A stretch of DNA of 63,739 nucleotides, the filler included, from Trichomonas gallinae (lineage: Eukaryota): the NCBI GenBank assembly GCA_008369845.1. It is 4 parts of 4 records of this genome, joined end to end, with 100 filler letters (N's around TTAATTAATTAA, not from the genome) between each part and the next. Parts side by side here need not be neighbours in the genome. Positions count along the whole stretch, not along the records: positions 29,238 to 47,021 come from MRSU01000214.1; 3 more parts are not named here. The stretch is one strand, 5' to 3'. Shown one piece after another: positions 32,381 through 43,960 of this stretch; the stretch's first letter is position 1, and each line of letters opens with the position of its first letter. Both the position numbers and the translations under genes were made by a program. Under the pieces are notes generated by a model. That model ran no database searches. It saw nothing but the letters and a program-made list of their open reading frames with translations, and was not told where the DNA came from.

Positions 32381-33223
32381 TTACTGTACAAAGAAGAAAA
32401 ATATAAGGCAAGCCAAAGCAAAAATTGTTGATGTATCTTTCCTTAAGTATCTATATAATTTATGATACCATCTATTAAATTTGAGAGCGTTATCAGGCTC
32501 AGGACGATCTTCTACTTGACCTTGACCAAGAATCGTTATTAAATCTCCTTTCGTGATATCAGGTCTATTACAAGAAGGACATACATTTGATCTAAGCAAC
32601 CATTCTTCAATGCATCTGCGGCAAAATACATGGCCACAAGGGGTTGATACTGGATCGTGCAATTCTTCCATGCAAATAGAGCACATCCAGTCTTCTTCTT
32701 CCTCATGGTGCTCGGGTGGAGCTGGAAATGGTGGGTTTGGAGGAGCTTGAATATTATTATTATCTTGTGGTGGTAAATCAGCTTGAGTATCTGCTAATGG
32801 GGCTGTAATAGTATTATCTGGAAATGCTGGTGGTATTGGACCTGGAGCATCTGGATAAGATGGAGGTAATTGATTTTGATTAGTGTTTTCATGATTTGTT
32901 TCTTCGATTGCTTCAACTTTAATAGCATCGTTAATTTTATTAAAATCAATAGGTTCTTCTATTTTTCCTTCATTAAGATTTTCTTGATTTACTGTAGTTT
33001 CTTGTTTTGTCTGCTCTTCTATAATTTCTGGCTGAACATGATTATCTTGTGGTTTGTATTCTTGTTCTTCTTCTTCTTCAGCATTATTATTTTCTTCAAT
33101 CTTTGGTCGAATTCCGAAAATTTGCTGGCAGTTCGTGCAGCAAAACTCTGTTGGAACATTTGGATTACGATCATTTGTAGGTTTCTGGCAAAATCGACAC
33201 TTTCCTTCAAATTCGCTTTCCAT
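32381..33223 (-). CDS. C3HC4 RING E3 ligase with C-terminal membrane anchor (RNF5/RMA1-like)
   Basis: CSIC...PVSTPCGHVFCRRCIEEWL...CPSC, an N-terminal CxxC..CxxC, a Pro/acidic linker and a hydrophobic C-terminal tail. Confidence 0.88.
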   Translation of the reverse strand: MESEFEGKCRFCQKPTNDRNPNVPTEFCCTNCQQIFGIRPKIEENNNAEEEEEQEYKPQDNHVQPEIIEEQTKQETTVNQENLNEGKIEEPIDFNKINDAIKVEAIEETNHENTNQNQLPPSYPDAPGPIPPAFPDNTITAPLADTQADLPPQDNNNIQAPPNPPFPAPPEHHEEEEDWMCSICMEELHDPVSTPCGHVFCRRCIEEWLLRSNVCPSCNRPDITKGDLITILGQGQVEDRPEPDNALKFNRWYHKLYRYLRKDTSTIFALACLIFFFFVQ

Positions 33224-33715
33224 TATGTCACTTTTTGCTAAATTTGGTTCGATATTTGCATAAATTCAATATATAAATCTTCTGCTAAACTCAAAACTAA
33301 ATTTATTCATTGCAGCTTCCAATTTTGTTCAAACAAAAGATCTGAAATTAATACTCGGTCAATTAGCTTGATTTGTTCCATTATAACAGAATTCGATAGA
33401 TGAGCATTGATATACTTTGCGGATTCTATACCATTGAAGATGAAATTATGTTCAATATAAGAAAAAATCCTTAGTTGTGATAGTGTAAAACCAAAAGAGT
33501 ATCAACACATTAATATTGATTAGCTATTTTGATTACTATATCAAAAATTTGAATATAATATTGTCTTTGAAAAAAAAGTAGCAAAATTTCCTTTTGGAAT
33601 CGGTGTTATAGCATTAGAGCAAAAGGAAAATGTAGAGTATGTAATTTTGAAGTATATTTTATTCTAAATTAAAAATAAAAAGGATTTTTGACGTAATTCT
33701 ATAAATGCAGGTTGC

Positions 33716-33904
33716 TTAGTATTCAATGTCTGGTTGCTGATGTGGGAGAAGGCCGAATTTAGCTTTTTGTTGAATTCTCTCAGCAGAATTCTTGTCTTCT
33801 GGTGAGAAACGAGCTGGATGAGCAGAGCGTGTCTGACCACCGCATGCAGCACACTTCTGCTTAAGTGTGTACTGCTTGCATTTGTCGCAAAAACGAAGAA
33901 GCAT
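33716..33904 (-). CDS. NOP10: H/ACA RNP subunit Nop10 (with Zn-ribbon cysteines)
   Basis: [28 protein letters not shown] and CAAC pairs. Confidence 0.96.
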   Translation of the reverse strand: MLLRFCDKCKQYTLKQKCAACGGQTRSAHPARFSPEDKNSAERIQQKAKFGLLPHQQPDIEY

Positions 33905-34371
33905 TTTGTTTGTGGCTTTACCCTTCGGTTATTTTACATGGCAAAAAGGCAGTTTTAACTATTTTTGTATTTCATCATTGGTTATATTCCCATGTAATAA
34001 ATTTTCACTTTTCACCTTATAACAAACTTAAAATATGCTTAATTAATTTTTGAATTCATAAAATTCTCATGATCAGTGTTAACGACAAACCATACTTGGT
34101 CTATTATGAATATATTCTTTAGATAACAGTTTCTATAATTATATATTTTGTTATTCAATTTAATTTGCATCCAATGGTTACGTAATAAACAGAAACAACC
34201 ACATATCTTTTTCAAAGTAATGTATTGACCTCAGGATATAATTTTTTAGCCATAGACTAAAATCAAAAAATATTTTGAAAAATTTCATCGAATTTTCACT
34301 TTCACAGCTAGAAAATTGTCTTATCTAGTCATTTTGTCTTATATTGATTATACAAACATTTTATTTTTGAA

Positions 34372-35352
34372 TTACAAAGCTCTTCCAAGTGCAGATAATG
34401 CAATCATGCGGGAAAGAGCTTGTTTAAGTGTGTTCAGATCATCGCATTGTGGGCCTAAAATGTTGATGATTGCACCAACTGCTCTGACTTGAGCCTGAAG
34501 ATTATCTGAAACAGTAAGATTAAGGAGTGCATCAATGACGCCGCCTTCAAGCAGCTTCTTTCTCGATTCTTCTTCTCTAGCAATGTTCTGAACGACACCT
34601 GCCGCATCGACAGTCAAATCAGTAATCGGTTTAAGTGAAAGCGCTTCTATCACTTCGGTAATTGTGCCACTCTCACGAATACTCCTTACAACCACAGCTT
34701 CGCTACTCATGTTATTCAAGAAACCGAGCAATCTTTCGAAAAGTGGAGATGTAATTGGTCTTTCTAGCATCAAAGAAAGAGCTTTAACGTGTACACCCTT
34801 ATTGCATATATATGTCTTTCCTGGCTGATGATATGCAAAAGATTGAAATGCTGCAGCTGCAGAAACAGCGAGATTATCTTCATGGCTTTGCAAACATAAA
34901 TACAATGACTGGAAGAATGCTTCAGGATCCTTTAAAACAGTTCTTATGTAAGGTAAATGAGATAAAATTCTTAATAATATGTGACACGTTTCGATACTGA
35001 GTGCGTTATCATGGATTGAGAGTAGTAATTTCATCAGTCTGTGACATGATGCATCGAAGTATTGATAGTTTGCAGGTTTTCGAGATAATATTCTTAAATA
35101 ACGAGCACCTACTTTAAAGAAATCAATATGTGGTGTATACGGAGACTTGACTAGTAACAATACATCGATTACTGGTTGAGGATTGTCTGGATTTGGATCG
35201 TTAACAAAAAGTTCTTCATCAAGATCGAAATAAATTTCATTGTATGTCTCAATCATTTCTACTAATGTATTTCTAGATACAGAGACGCATTTTTCACTTC
35301 CTGTTTTCAATATATATGCATTAATTGATGCTGTTGTTACTCTTGTTTCCAT
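34372..35352 (-). CDS. Armadillo-repeat protein
   Basis: Repeated ARM-like units (AAGVVQNIA, GVIDALLNL, AVGAIINI). Start set at METRV (35352). Confidence 0.8.
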   Translation of the reverse strand: METRVTTASINAYILKTGSEKCVSVSRNTLVEMIETYNEIYFDLDEELFVNDPNPDNPQPVIDVLLLVKSPYTPHIDFFKVGARYLRILSRKPANYQYFDASCHRLMKLLLSIHDNALSIETCHILLRILSHLPYIRTVLKDPEAFFQSLYLCLQSHEDNLAVSAAAAFQSFAYHQPGKTYICNKGVHVKALSLMLERPITSPLFERLLGFLNNMSSEAVVVRSIRESGTITEVIEALSLKPITDLTVDAAGVVQNIAREEESRKKLLEGGVIDALLNLTVSDNLQAQVRAVGAIINILGPQCDDLNTLKQALSRMIALSALGRAL

Positions 35353-35669
35353 AACTAATAAAAAACGTTCAAAATTTAATTTACACGACAAAAATAAATT
35401 TACGTGGCATAATGATACTTTACATGACATAAAACAATTTTATTAAACAAAAATTATTTTACATGATATAATATTAAATTTACTTGACAAAAATCAAAGT
35501 TTATTTAGCAAAAAATGCTTTTACATGTCAAATATCTATCAAATGATTACTTTTACATGACAAAAACATATTTTATAAGTCAAAATAATTAAATTTTGAA
35601 TGATTTACAATATGATTTTGACCCAAAATGATTTGTTTGACACGTAAAATTGGTAGATTTTCATTGTTG
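35353..35669. promoter_or_regulatory. Bidirectional promoter with about eight copies of a TTTACAYG(T/A)CA-like motif
   Basis: Copies near 35380, 35399, 35419, 35458, 35479, 35520 and 35553, plus a reverse copy at 35638, between two divergent genes. Confidence 0.6.
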
Positions 35670-38552
35670 ATGGGTGGATTTCGGGAATTTTTGTCTATTC
35701 CGTTACCAAGCATCAACAAGGATGATCAATTGCACGATGAAATTAAGATATTGAATCAAATACCTCTGTTTGCTGATAAAACCGTTAATGATATTCCGAT
35801 TGACTTAGGTGCGAACAAACAAGTTCTGATTGGCATTTTTCAAAATATATTTACAGAAAAAATAACACTCGATAGAATCAAATCTCTTAATATTGCAAAG
35901 AAATTATTATGTTTATCTGATGCAGTCATATCCTTTAATTCTATTGATATCACTACACTTGGTACGGATAAGATTGTTGCTTTTTGCGATAAAATCAAAG
36001 ATTCTGATCCCGAATATCTGAAATTATTGCAATCAATTTTAATCATCTTCACTCTTCGATTACCCGACAGCCAACTATATACTGATGCTGGTAACAGAAT
36101 AATTTATTTATTTAACTCATTAGATCCTAATTCAATTTTTACAAAAGCGCTACGTTGCCATACACTTGCCTATCACTTGAGAAGTCAAATTGAACGTGGA
36201 AATTTAGTTTCAAATTGCGTCAGAGGCATTTCAAATTTATTACAAGAAATTTATAATTCGCCATTTTGCGGAAATATCATTCCTCTTCTTTGCCAATCGC
36301 TTGTAGATCCACTATTTCTTGCATGCAGAGAAGTTTTCGGCAGAAAACTGAATAATAAAATTGAATTACTTGAATGTTCAATTTATCTGCCTACTCTTCT
36401 TTGCACTATTGCTGCGTTTTACCCAGAATGCTTAATTGGATCAAAATGGCAAAGATTGTGTGAATATTTTTCTCGTTCACCGAATCTTAAGCGAGACATC
36501 TTCCCAAGTCATATTTTTTACTTGCAATACCCAGAACAATGCACTTACACAGTGGCATCCGAGAATGTTGCTGCTTTAATGTTTGCTTTTTCATATCTCT
36601 ACCAACTTGAAATTGATGGTCCAAACAATGATATATACATTGCATGCTTGCGTGCTATTGCATCTAAGAATCAAATTGGCCAGCATGCCGTTACAAGAGC
36701 ATTATATTCGATGACAAAGATTGAAAAATACAGATCTAAGCTAATTGCATTAGATAACTTGATTACCACAAACAAAAATGCTGCTATTTTGTATCTTAAT
36801 CTTTTCCGGGAAAATTACACAGATATTATGATTGAACTTGAAAGACTTCTTAACTTTGGACCGAGAATTAACTCTTTATTCGCTTTAACTCGTGAAAGCA
36901 ATATTATCAATACAACAAGACAACTAATTTGCATTAGATCTCCAGCAATTCGACAAGAATCAGACATTTTCTCGCTAACTAGATCAACAGATGGTTTATT
37001 AAAGCTTCCGCTATATGAAGTACACAAGATACTACAAGATGATTATCTCCAAACAGAGAATTTCCTATCTGTTGTTACAGATTTCATCATCAAAACATTA
37101 GAATTGGGAAAAACATTCAAAAATGTGCAGCTAATTCCAACATTCAATCATCTCTGTGCTTCATATGTCTGCCTCCTCAGTCGTGTTCAAGCTCTTGAAG
37201 AAAACAAAGCATTGCAAATTCACGTGCCTCTTATTTTGTCTATTTACGACACAATTGCGTTGTCATCTGAGCCGACAACTACTAAGATACAAGAGCACAC
37301 GACACTCACTTCAACCAACTACATAGAAAGAATGAGAATCGCGAACGCAATCAAACCGATAAGAAATCATTTCATTAAATTTGCCGTTCTTCTCTGTTTC
37401 CATGAATATGCATCACTTCGATATCCGCTTCTTCTTCTTCTAGCGGACACTCTAGACTACACAGTGGACAGCTCGCTGCATGATCTCTGGGCGCAGACGC
37501 CACACGGATTCAACATTGTCATGGACAAAATTGTTTCGTGGACGACAAATATGTTACAGTCAGAAAATCCATACATTAACAACATCTGTTTTTACGTTAT
37601 ATCGAAGCTCGTGTCCCATCTTCCAGCAGTCAAAGCGACAAAAGTCACAAACACAATCTTCGAGTACATCAACCAACAATACAACGTAATGCTGAAGGAC
37701 CCAAGCGAAGTGAGAAAGTTCACAAGGATTTTGAATGTCGTGGCAAAACTTTCGAGTTATCCACCAACAAAAACGGCCATATTATTCCAGCGCACGACAT
37801 CCAGGTTCATGGACATGATCACTAGTCTTCTGCAGTTCGATAAAACAAAAGCATATGGTCAGATCCCTGTTTTAGCGTTAAATATCGTCTGCAGTCTCTG
37901 CAACATGAACATTTCATTGATGCCGCACGCAGATCCGATTGTTAGGAAAGTCATAGACACAATAGACGAGAAATTTTATGGACCCATTGTGTCAAAGATT
38001 GGTGAGCTTCTCAATGATTGCGCGAATCAAACCAGCATATTGATTTTGTGCGCATTGAATACAGTTCTTTTCTTAATGGAGTCTGAGTTCTTCATTGTTG
38101 AGTTTATGAAGCAGAAAATAACATTTAGATTTTCTCAACTTTCATCTAATCCAAGCTTCGCTGAGACATTGATTCACTTTGCAGTCAAAACTATTGAGAT
38201 TGGCAACCAAATATCGCAGTATGATACAAATTACGCAAAAGATTTCATCCACTTCAGCGAAGACGAAGAAATAATTCGAAATTATCCTGGCGGTGCCGAA
38301 CTCTGCGATAAGCTGGAAATGGTTCCCAAAAATCTGTCTATGAAGATTCAACTCAAAGACCTACAAGAATTCCCGGACTTTAGGAAGACAGAAGAACTCC
38401 ATCAAAAACTTATTGATTCACAGCCAAGGACGATGCCTATTAATGGATCACCATTATTTTTGTATTTCACAAAAATATCTGATAATACTTTCCTTGGTGA
38501 ATTTGTTGTTAGAGCTCAATCATGTTCATCCGAAAATCCAAATCGCTTCTAA
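35670..38552 (+). CDS. Large alpha-solenoid protein, candidate Virilizer (VIRMA)-like
   Basis: 960-aa helical ORF with TCATT initiator. The segment TRILNVVAKLSSYPPTKTAIL...IVCSLCNMNISL...LILCALNTVLFLME resembles the VIRMA C-terminal ARM region as I recall it. The CDS is certain; the product is tentative. Confidence 0.55.
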   Translation: MGGFREFLSIPLPSINKDDQLHDEIKILNQIPLFADKTVNDIPIDLGANKQVLIGIFQNIFTEKITLDRIKSLNIAKKLLCLSDAVISFNSIDITTLGTDKIVAFCDKIKDSDPEYLKLLQSILIIFTLRLPDSQLYTDAGNRIIYLFNSLDPNSIFTKALRCHTLAYHLRSQIERGNLVSNCVRGISNLLQEIYNSPFCGNIIPLLCQSLVDPLFLACREVFGRKLNNKIELLECSIYLPTLLCTIAAFYPECLIGSKWQRLCEYFSRSPNLKRDIFPSHIFYLQYPEQCTYTVASENVAALMFAFSYLYQLEIDGPNNDIYIACLRAIASKNQIGQHAVTRALYSMTKIEKYRSKLIALDNLITTNKNAAILYLNLFRENYTDIMIELERLLNFGPRINSLFALTRESNIINTTRQLICIRSPAIRQESDIFSLTRSTDGLLKLPLYEVHKILQDDYLQTENFLSVVTDFIIKTLELGKTFKNVQLIPTFNHLCASYVCLLSRVQALEENKALQIHVPLILSIYDTIALSSEPTTTKIQEHTTLTSTNYIERMRIANAIKPIRNHFIKFAVLLCFHEYASLRYPLLLLLADTLDYTVDSSLHDLWAQTPHGFNIVMDKIVSWTTNMLQSENPYINNICFYVISKLVSHLPAVKATKVTNTIFEYINQQYNVMLKDPSEVRKFTRILNVVAKLSSYPPTKTAILFQRTTSRFMDMITSLLQFDKTKAYGQIPVLALNIVCSLCNMNISLMPHADPIVRKVIDTIDEKFYGPIVSKIGELLNDCANQTSILILCALNTVLFLMESEFFIVEFMKQKITFRFSQLSSNPSFAETLIHFAVKTIEIGNQISQYDTNYAKDFIHFSEDEEIIRNYPGGAELCDKLEMVPKNLSMKIQLKDLQEFPDFRKTEELHQKLIDSQPRTMPINGSPLFLYFTKISDNTFLGEFVVRAQSCSSENPNRF

Positions 38553-38942
38553 ATATATATGTTTTTTTTATTACTATTATCATTAATGAAAAAAAAGTTT
38601 GAGAATTTTAGGATGACATTCGTTTGATGTATAAACAAAGCAATGATATTTAAGATGATACATCTCACTCACATTTACATCTATTCCAGGAATTTCTAAA
38701 AGAAGTTTGACAATTTTATTATGACATTTAATTGAAGCTTTTATCAAAGCTGTGTTAAAGAATTTTTTAATTGAATTGAAATGTTTTTACAACATCATGA
38801 TGATCTGCAAAAGCTGCATTCTTTCCTGGGAGTAACTACCCATGATGAAAATATTTCTAAAATGATGTTTACAATCTCTGTCTGTCGATCCTAAGCAATA
38901 TTGAAATGTCAGTTTTTTAAAAATTTTTAAAACTTTGAAAGC

Positions 38943-39332
38943 ATGGAGGAAAACAAAGCTGTAAAAAAGACGGAACAAACCCATGTTAATCACGTAAACA
39001 GTGTCAATGACGAAATGCCAAAGCCTGATTTCAAATTTATTACAACTCCAGTAGATATAGCTAATATTTCTCCACCAACATTCTCAACACCAATAGGACA
39101 GAGCGGAAATCCAACTCCAGATGATACAGAGTCGTATACTCCTTTCTCAAATATTGTTAGAAGTAGTTCTTTCAGCGACATGACCCACCAAGACAATCAT
39201 TTTGATCAAGAATTAGAATACCAAATAGAACAAATATATGAAAGATTCAACAAGATGAAAGATAAGATATTTTCATTACAGAAATCGGCACTGGCTGTTT
39301 CTCAGAAATTAAGTGCGATAGAATGCGTTTAA
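38943..39332 (+). CDS. Hypothetical protein (S/T/P-rich, C-terminal coiled coil)
   Basis: 129-aa ORF with coding-like composition and TAAA stop context. Confidence 0.7.
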   Translation: MEENKAVKKTEQTHVNHVNSVNDEMPKPDFKFITTPVDIANISPPTFSTPIGQSGNPTPDDTESYTPFSNIVRSSSFSDMTHQDNHFDQELEYQIEQIYERFNKMKDKIFSLQKSALAVSQKLSAIECV

Positions 39333-40320
39333 ATACAATAGCAGAGAATAGATAAGTTGACCAACGGCGTTTATTCTTGTAATTTTTATTCAATCTAATT
39401 TTATCAATGTTGTTATTGTAAATATAGCGGATTATTTGTAATTCCTATACCTTTACTTAATGCATCGATTATTCTTCATCATTTTGATAATTGTAAATGA
39501 AGAAATAGTCATAGAAATGTAGGTTTTCAAATGAGAAGTTCAAAACATTACAACACATCGATTATAATATAATTAGTAACTAATGACCCAACATAAATCA
39601 TTTTAAAATCTTGAATAATCAATATCAAATTCTTAAGCTTAAGAATACACATTCAATTATCTGTAAACTAGATTAAAGAAGCTAAATATACAATTTTGAA
39701 TTACAAAATAGTAAAACTACTTCTTCGCATCGAAATTTAAGCTTTTTTTTTTTTGAAAATGTGCAATCTCATAATGGTCAATGCTAATGCACCAACATAT
39801 AACAAATCTTTGAACATTTTGTTATAATAGCATTTTGATATTAAATGTTGAATTTTTGACAAATAAATTTTCTATATGTCAAAAATGTAATTTAAATTGA
39901 CAAAACAATAATTACGAAATGAAAATCGATCTAATTCTGAATCTACTATATTTGCTGAGTATTATACTGATATATTCGTTTATATACATCATGATGTATC
40001 TATGTGCTAAATTTCGAAAAGTAATTATATTATAATTCCGGAATAATTTGTGAAAAATGATGATGCTTTCGAAAATTGAAAATTAAAAATGTGACATGAA
40101 TTTTTATATTTATATCCTGTCCAATATAAGTCATGAACAAGTCTTAATGATTGTGCTGCTTATTTTTCTCGAAACTTTTAGTATGATGTTGTATTATTAA
40201 TCGAGATAAATTCAAACATTAAAATCAAATAAATTATTTCAAGGAACAAGTTATATTAATTGCAACTCTTATTATAATAAAAGTTTACAGTTAGTTATTG
40301 GATTAATATTAATATTTAAG

Positions 40321-40537
40321 AAAAAATTAAATATCATTATCAATATATTTTGTTTCATGAAACCAACTATACTGACTAATACCATTATTATACTAGAATA
40401 TCATTATTTATTATTAAAATAAAATTCAATAAAAAATTAAATATCATAATCAATATATTTAGCTTCATGAAATAAATTATGCTGAATGATACCATTATTG
40501 TAGTTGAATATCATAGTTGAATATTAAATTAAATTTC
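40321..40537. repeat. Degenerate 110-bp tandem duplication
   Basis: 40321-40427 and 40431-40537 both read AAAAAATTAAATATCAT.ATCAATATATTT...TTCATGAAA...ATACCATTATT...GAATATCAT. Confidence 0.8.
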
Positions 40538-40670
40538 GAGATAAATGAAAAATACAATTTTATTAACTGAAATAGGTTATATATAAGGTACAGATATTAA
40601 ATATATGAGTAAAATCATCCAATTTTAATAAAAAAATTGAGAACTCGTGAAAAAACGAGCAAAAAAATAA

Positions 40671-41309
40671 ATGGCGGAAGCGAATGCGCAGCCACCGGCT
40701 GAGAACAAAGAGCCAGAGACTCAGCCGGCTCAGCCAGAAAGGAAACCAATTCAGACTAGAAAGGAAACTGAGCTTGAAAAGCAGAAGAAATTAGAAGAAG
40801 AAAAGAAACAAAGACTCGCTCAGCTTAAAAAACAAAAAATAGAAGAGGATAGGAAAATGGCAAAGATGAGAAACGAAATCAAACAAAAGCAAATCGAAAA
40901 AGCTAAGAAAGATTTTGCAAATAATCCATTAGCAGAAAACCAAGTTGCAATTTACGATCGCGCGATCAAGAGAGTCGAAAAAAGAAATCATAGACATGAA
41001 TCGCCAAAGAAGACAGCGAAAAATAAAACATCTAAATCTTCTACCTCTGAGCTTCAAGAAAAGCAAGAGCAAGATGCTCAAAATCAAGAGAAGGAGGAGC
41101 AGCAGGTAAAGCAAGAACAGCAGCAACCAAAACAAGAACAGAAGCAACAATCTACTCAAAATCAGCAAAATCCTGCTCAGAATCAGCAAAAACCTGAACA
41201 AAACAACGAATCTGATCTTAAATTAGAAGTTCCAAAGCCAGATCTTGAAGCCGCACAAAAGAAACCAGAAGCTGATACAAAATTAGATGTTCAGGCGGCT
41301 ATTCTGTAA
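40671..41309 (+). CDS. Low-complexity K/E/Q-rich hypothetical protein
   Basis: 212-aa ORF with a charged coiled coil and Q-rich repeats. Confidence 0.8.
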   Translation: MAEANAQPPAENKEPETQPAQPERKPIQTRKETELEKQKKLEEEKKQRLAQLKKQKIEEDRKMAKMRNEIKQKQIEKAKKDFANNPLAENQVAIYDRAIKRVEKRNHRHESPKKTAKNKTSKSSTSELQEKQEQDAQNQEKEEQQVKQEQQQPKQEQKQQSTQNQQNPAQNQQKPEQNNESDLKLEVPKPDLEAAQKKPEADTKLDVQAAIL

Positions 41310-41841
41310 AAATTATTTTATTTTAATGCTAAAAATAAGCCTTATTTTACATTCTTACATAATAGACATAATTCACCTTTTAATTTAGTATATTACTTTT
41401 TTTTTAATTCCAATTTATGCAATTTGTTATGGAGCATATTTAATATTTAATATTTACAACTTTATGAAATATTTCACACTGATTCACTTAACAATGTTAT
41501 ATAAGAAAATTGATTATAAAAATATTATAAAGATTTGTTTAAAATCATTCTGGTGTTTATATAGGCGAAAACTGCATGGATTAACTTCAAAATGTTTTAT
41601 TTTTGTGCACATCGATTGAGAGATGATGAACTTCAAACTTATCTGTTAGCTATATTTATATCTATGTAGACATTCTAGATCGACAATAAAACCACCAAAA
41701 TGGCAATGTGACATGGGAGTATAAAAAATCGATCTTAAATAAAATTATTAATCATGTCTAAATTTTGACAATAATGGTGGTGACAATTGATTATTTTACC
41801 CAAGTTATACATGCTTAAATAAAAATAAAGAATGGCATAAA

Positions 41842-42100
41842 GTTATATAATGAAGCATGAAGTAATTTAATGAAAAAATGCTTCGGCAAAGGTGTGGAAA
41901 CTTCGTAGAACTCGAGCAAATCGCTCCAAATCTTGCGGAGAATACATAGTATCATATTAATCAATATCTAAAGAATATATAAGGATTATTTCGGCGTTAT
42001 ATATTGAAGCATGAAGTAATTTAATGAAATATGAAGTTATATATTGAAGCATGAAGTAATTTAATGAAATATGAAGTTATATAATGAAGCATGAAGTTAT
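41842..42100. repeat. 40-bp minisatellite built from 20-bp subunits
   Basis: GTTATATATTGAAGCATGAAGTAATTTAATGAAATATGAA at 41996 and 42036, a partial copy at 42076, and a detached copy at 41842-41875. Confidence 0.88.
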
Positions 42101-42273
42101 GTTTGTAACAATTTTTCAAAAAGGTGTCGACATCATTCTTAGAGTCATTTTTGAGGGCTCAAACTCTGTGAGTATAATTAGTCAGTGATGACAGATATGA
42201 TGTTTAAATATCAGACCCTCTTATTATTAACAAATCATCGTGATATAAATTTGCCACCATTTGTCACTTTTAA

Positions 42274-43344
42274 ATGTCAAGAAGCTGCAAAATTACTTTT
42301 CAAGGTAAGCAGCAAGAAATCAAATTTGAGTCAGAAGAACTTCCATATGGTGCTCTGAAAGATATTGTTCGCTGCGAAATGAAGTTATTTCCATTGCAAG
42401 AAATTTTTCTTAAAAACAAACCGGATTTAAATGATAATACCTCAATTAAACTAACAGATGAGATGACTTTCGTACCTTTTAATGAATTATCTAGCAGCTA
42501 TTTCGACAATTCGATTCCAAATGATTTGATAAAGAAATTTAAAGACATAAATGGGATATTAAACAATGATGAATACGAAATTGTATTTAAAATTCATGAC
42601 AAAAACAAGCCTTTTTCAGAATTCGATATCAAAGATATTTTTTCTTCATGTTATTTTGTCAAGTCGAAGGATTTGAATTATGTTACTGAAACACAATTTG
42701 ATTGCAAAATATTTGAGCGCGTTGAAACTGATTCTTTATCAATAGCAAATGCAGATCCAAATATCCCTGAAATTGAGGTAAATTTCATAGCAGTTAGTGA
42801 TCATAAACTAGAGAAAACTCTTAATATTCCAAAATTAATTCAAAAATCTAAAATTTTTAAAATGATCGAAAATAAATTAAAATTAAACCCAAGTAGAGCG
42901 TTTTTGAAGAATAAGTTTGCAGTAGTTGAAATAGTTGATGGTGAAACATATAACATTCAGCCAAAAAGCGAAATTTTAATAATAACATCAACAAAGATTG
43001 CATTCCCACCAAATTTCCCAACTTATCAGGAAACAAAAGACTTATTTGATAAAGAAGAGAAGATTTTCATTTACCAAATTTATAACAAATTATATGAAAG
43101 TGATAAAAAAGATGAACCTCAAGAAAACTTCACGAAAGCTTATAATAATGCTAACAATCTCAAGAAACCAGATATAAATGAAGTAATCCAGGCTTTGCAG
43201 AAGATATCAATAAATTCGAAAGAAGAAATTCTAAAATCAATTAAAAGTTTCAATAATGGAGAATCATACCCATCAAAAGTCGAATATTACTTTACTGCAT
43301 CTCCAGAAAATCCAAATCCGCTCAAGTTTAAACAAGTCCAATGA
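42274..43344 (+). CDS. Hypothetical protein, possible N-terminal ubiquitin-like fold
   Basis: 356-aa ORF with GTCACTTT initiator at 42263. The beta-beta-alpha pattern at the N-terminus is only suggestive. Confidence 0.75.
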   Translation: MSRSCKITFQGKQQEIKFESEELPYGALKDIVRCEMKLFPLQEIFLKNKPDLNDNTSIKLTDEMTFVPFNELSSSYFDNSIPNDLIKKFKDINGILNNDEYEIVFKIHDKNKPFSEFDIKDIFSSCYFVKSKDLNYVTETQFDCKIFERVETDSLSIANADPNIPEIEVNFIAVSDHKLEKTLNIPKLIQKSKIFKMIENKLKLNPSRAFLKNKFAVVEIVDGETYNIQPKSEILIITSTKIAFPPNFPTYQETKDLFDKEEKIFIYQIYNKLYESDKKDEPQENFTKAYNNANNLKKPDINEVIQALQKISINSKEEILKSIKSFNNGESYPSKVEYYFTASPENPNPLKFKQVQ

Positions 43345-43960
43345 TATATATATTCTAATATTATAAGGAAATGTATGAATCATATTATGAAAAAAGAGCT
43401 TTTGGCTTGATTTTTTTGATATAAAGGTTTATAAATTGAAAATATAACTCATTTTTTTTAAATATTTGGAAAATCATTGAACCTACTTCATTTAATTGAT
43501 TATGATCATTCATTTTTATGCTGTACTCTTTTTATAATCAACAAATTTCAAATTGGAGATATTTTTGTGATTAAGCCTCACTATCTCATCAATATTAATT
43601 TGTAAAATGCTAGACTATTTATATAATGATTGATTAATGCATAAAAGCGTAAATTTTGTCATATAATATATATCACATATTATTAAAAATTCAAATATAA
43701 AAAACTTAGATAAATACTATGCTTTTATAATAAAAAAAAAGGCTAAATTATGAAAAAATTCAAATGATGAAATAAATTTATTATTTCTCAGTTTATCATA
43801 ATAATTTTATATTTTAAATTAATTAAAATTATAGTTTAAATAATAAAAAATATATAGATTCATTATCGTGAAATTATAATGGTTGAATATTTCCAAAAAT
43901 ATCACTTTTTGATCTGGAGATTTTTTGATTCTTTATCATATTTTTTTTTTAGTAAAATTC

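Noticed and set aside
38797..38900. Box C-like ATGATGA twice, possible C/D snoRNA
   Set aside because: No properly placed CTGA D box or terminal stem; the region reads as a short coding-like relic.
41842..42100. CRISPR-like repeat/spacer appearance
   Set aside because: The units are directly adjacent with only one insert, the context is eukaryotic, and there are no cas genes.
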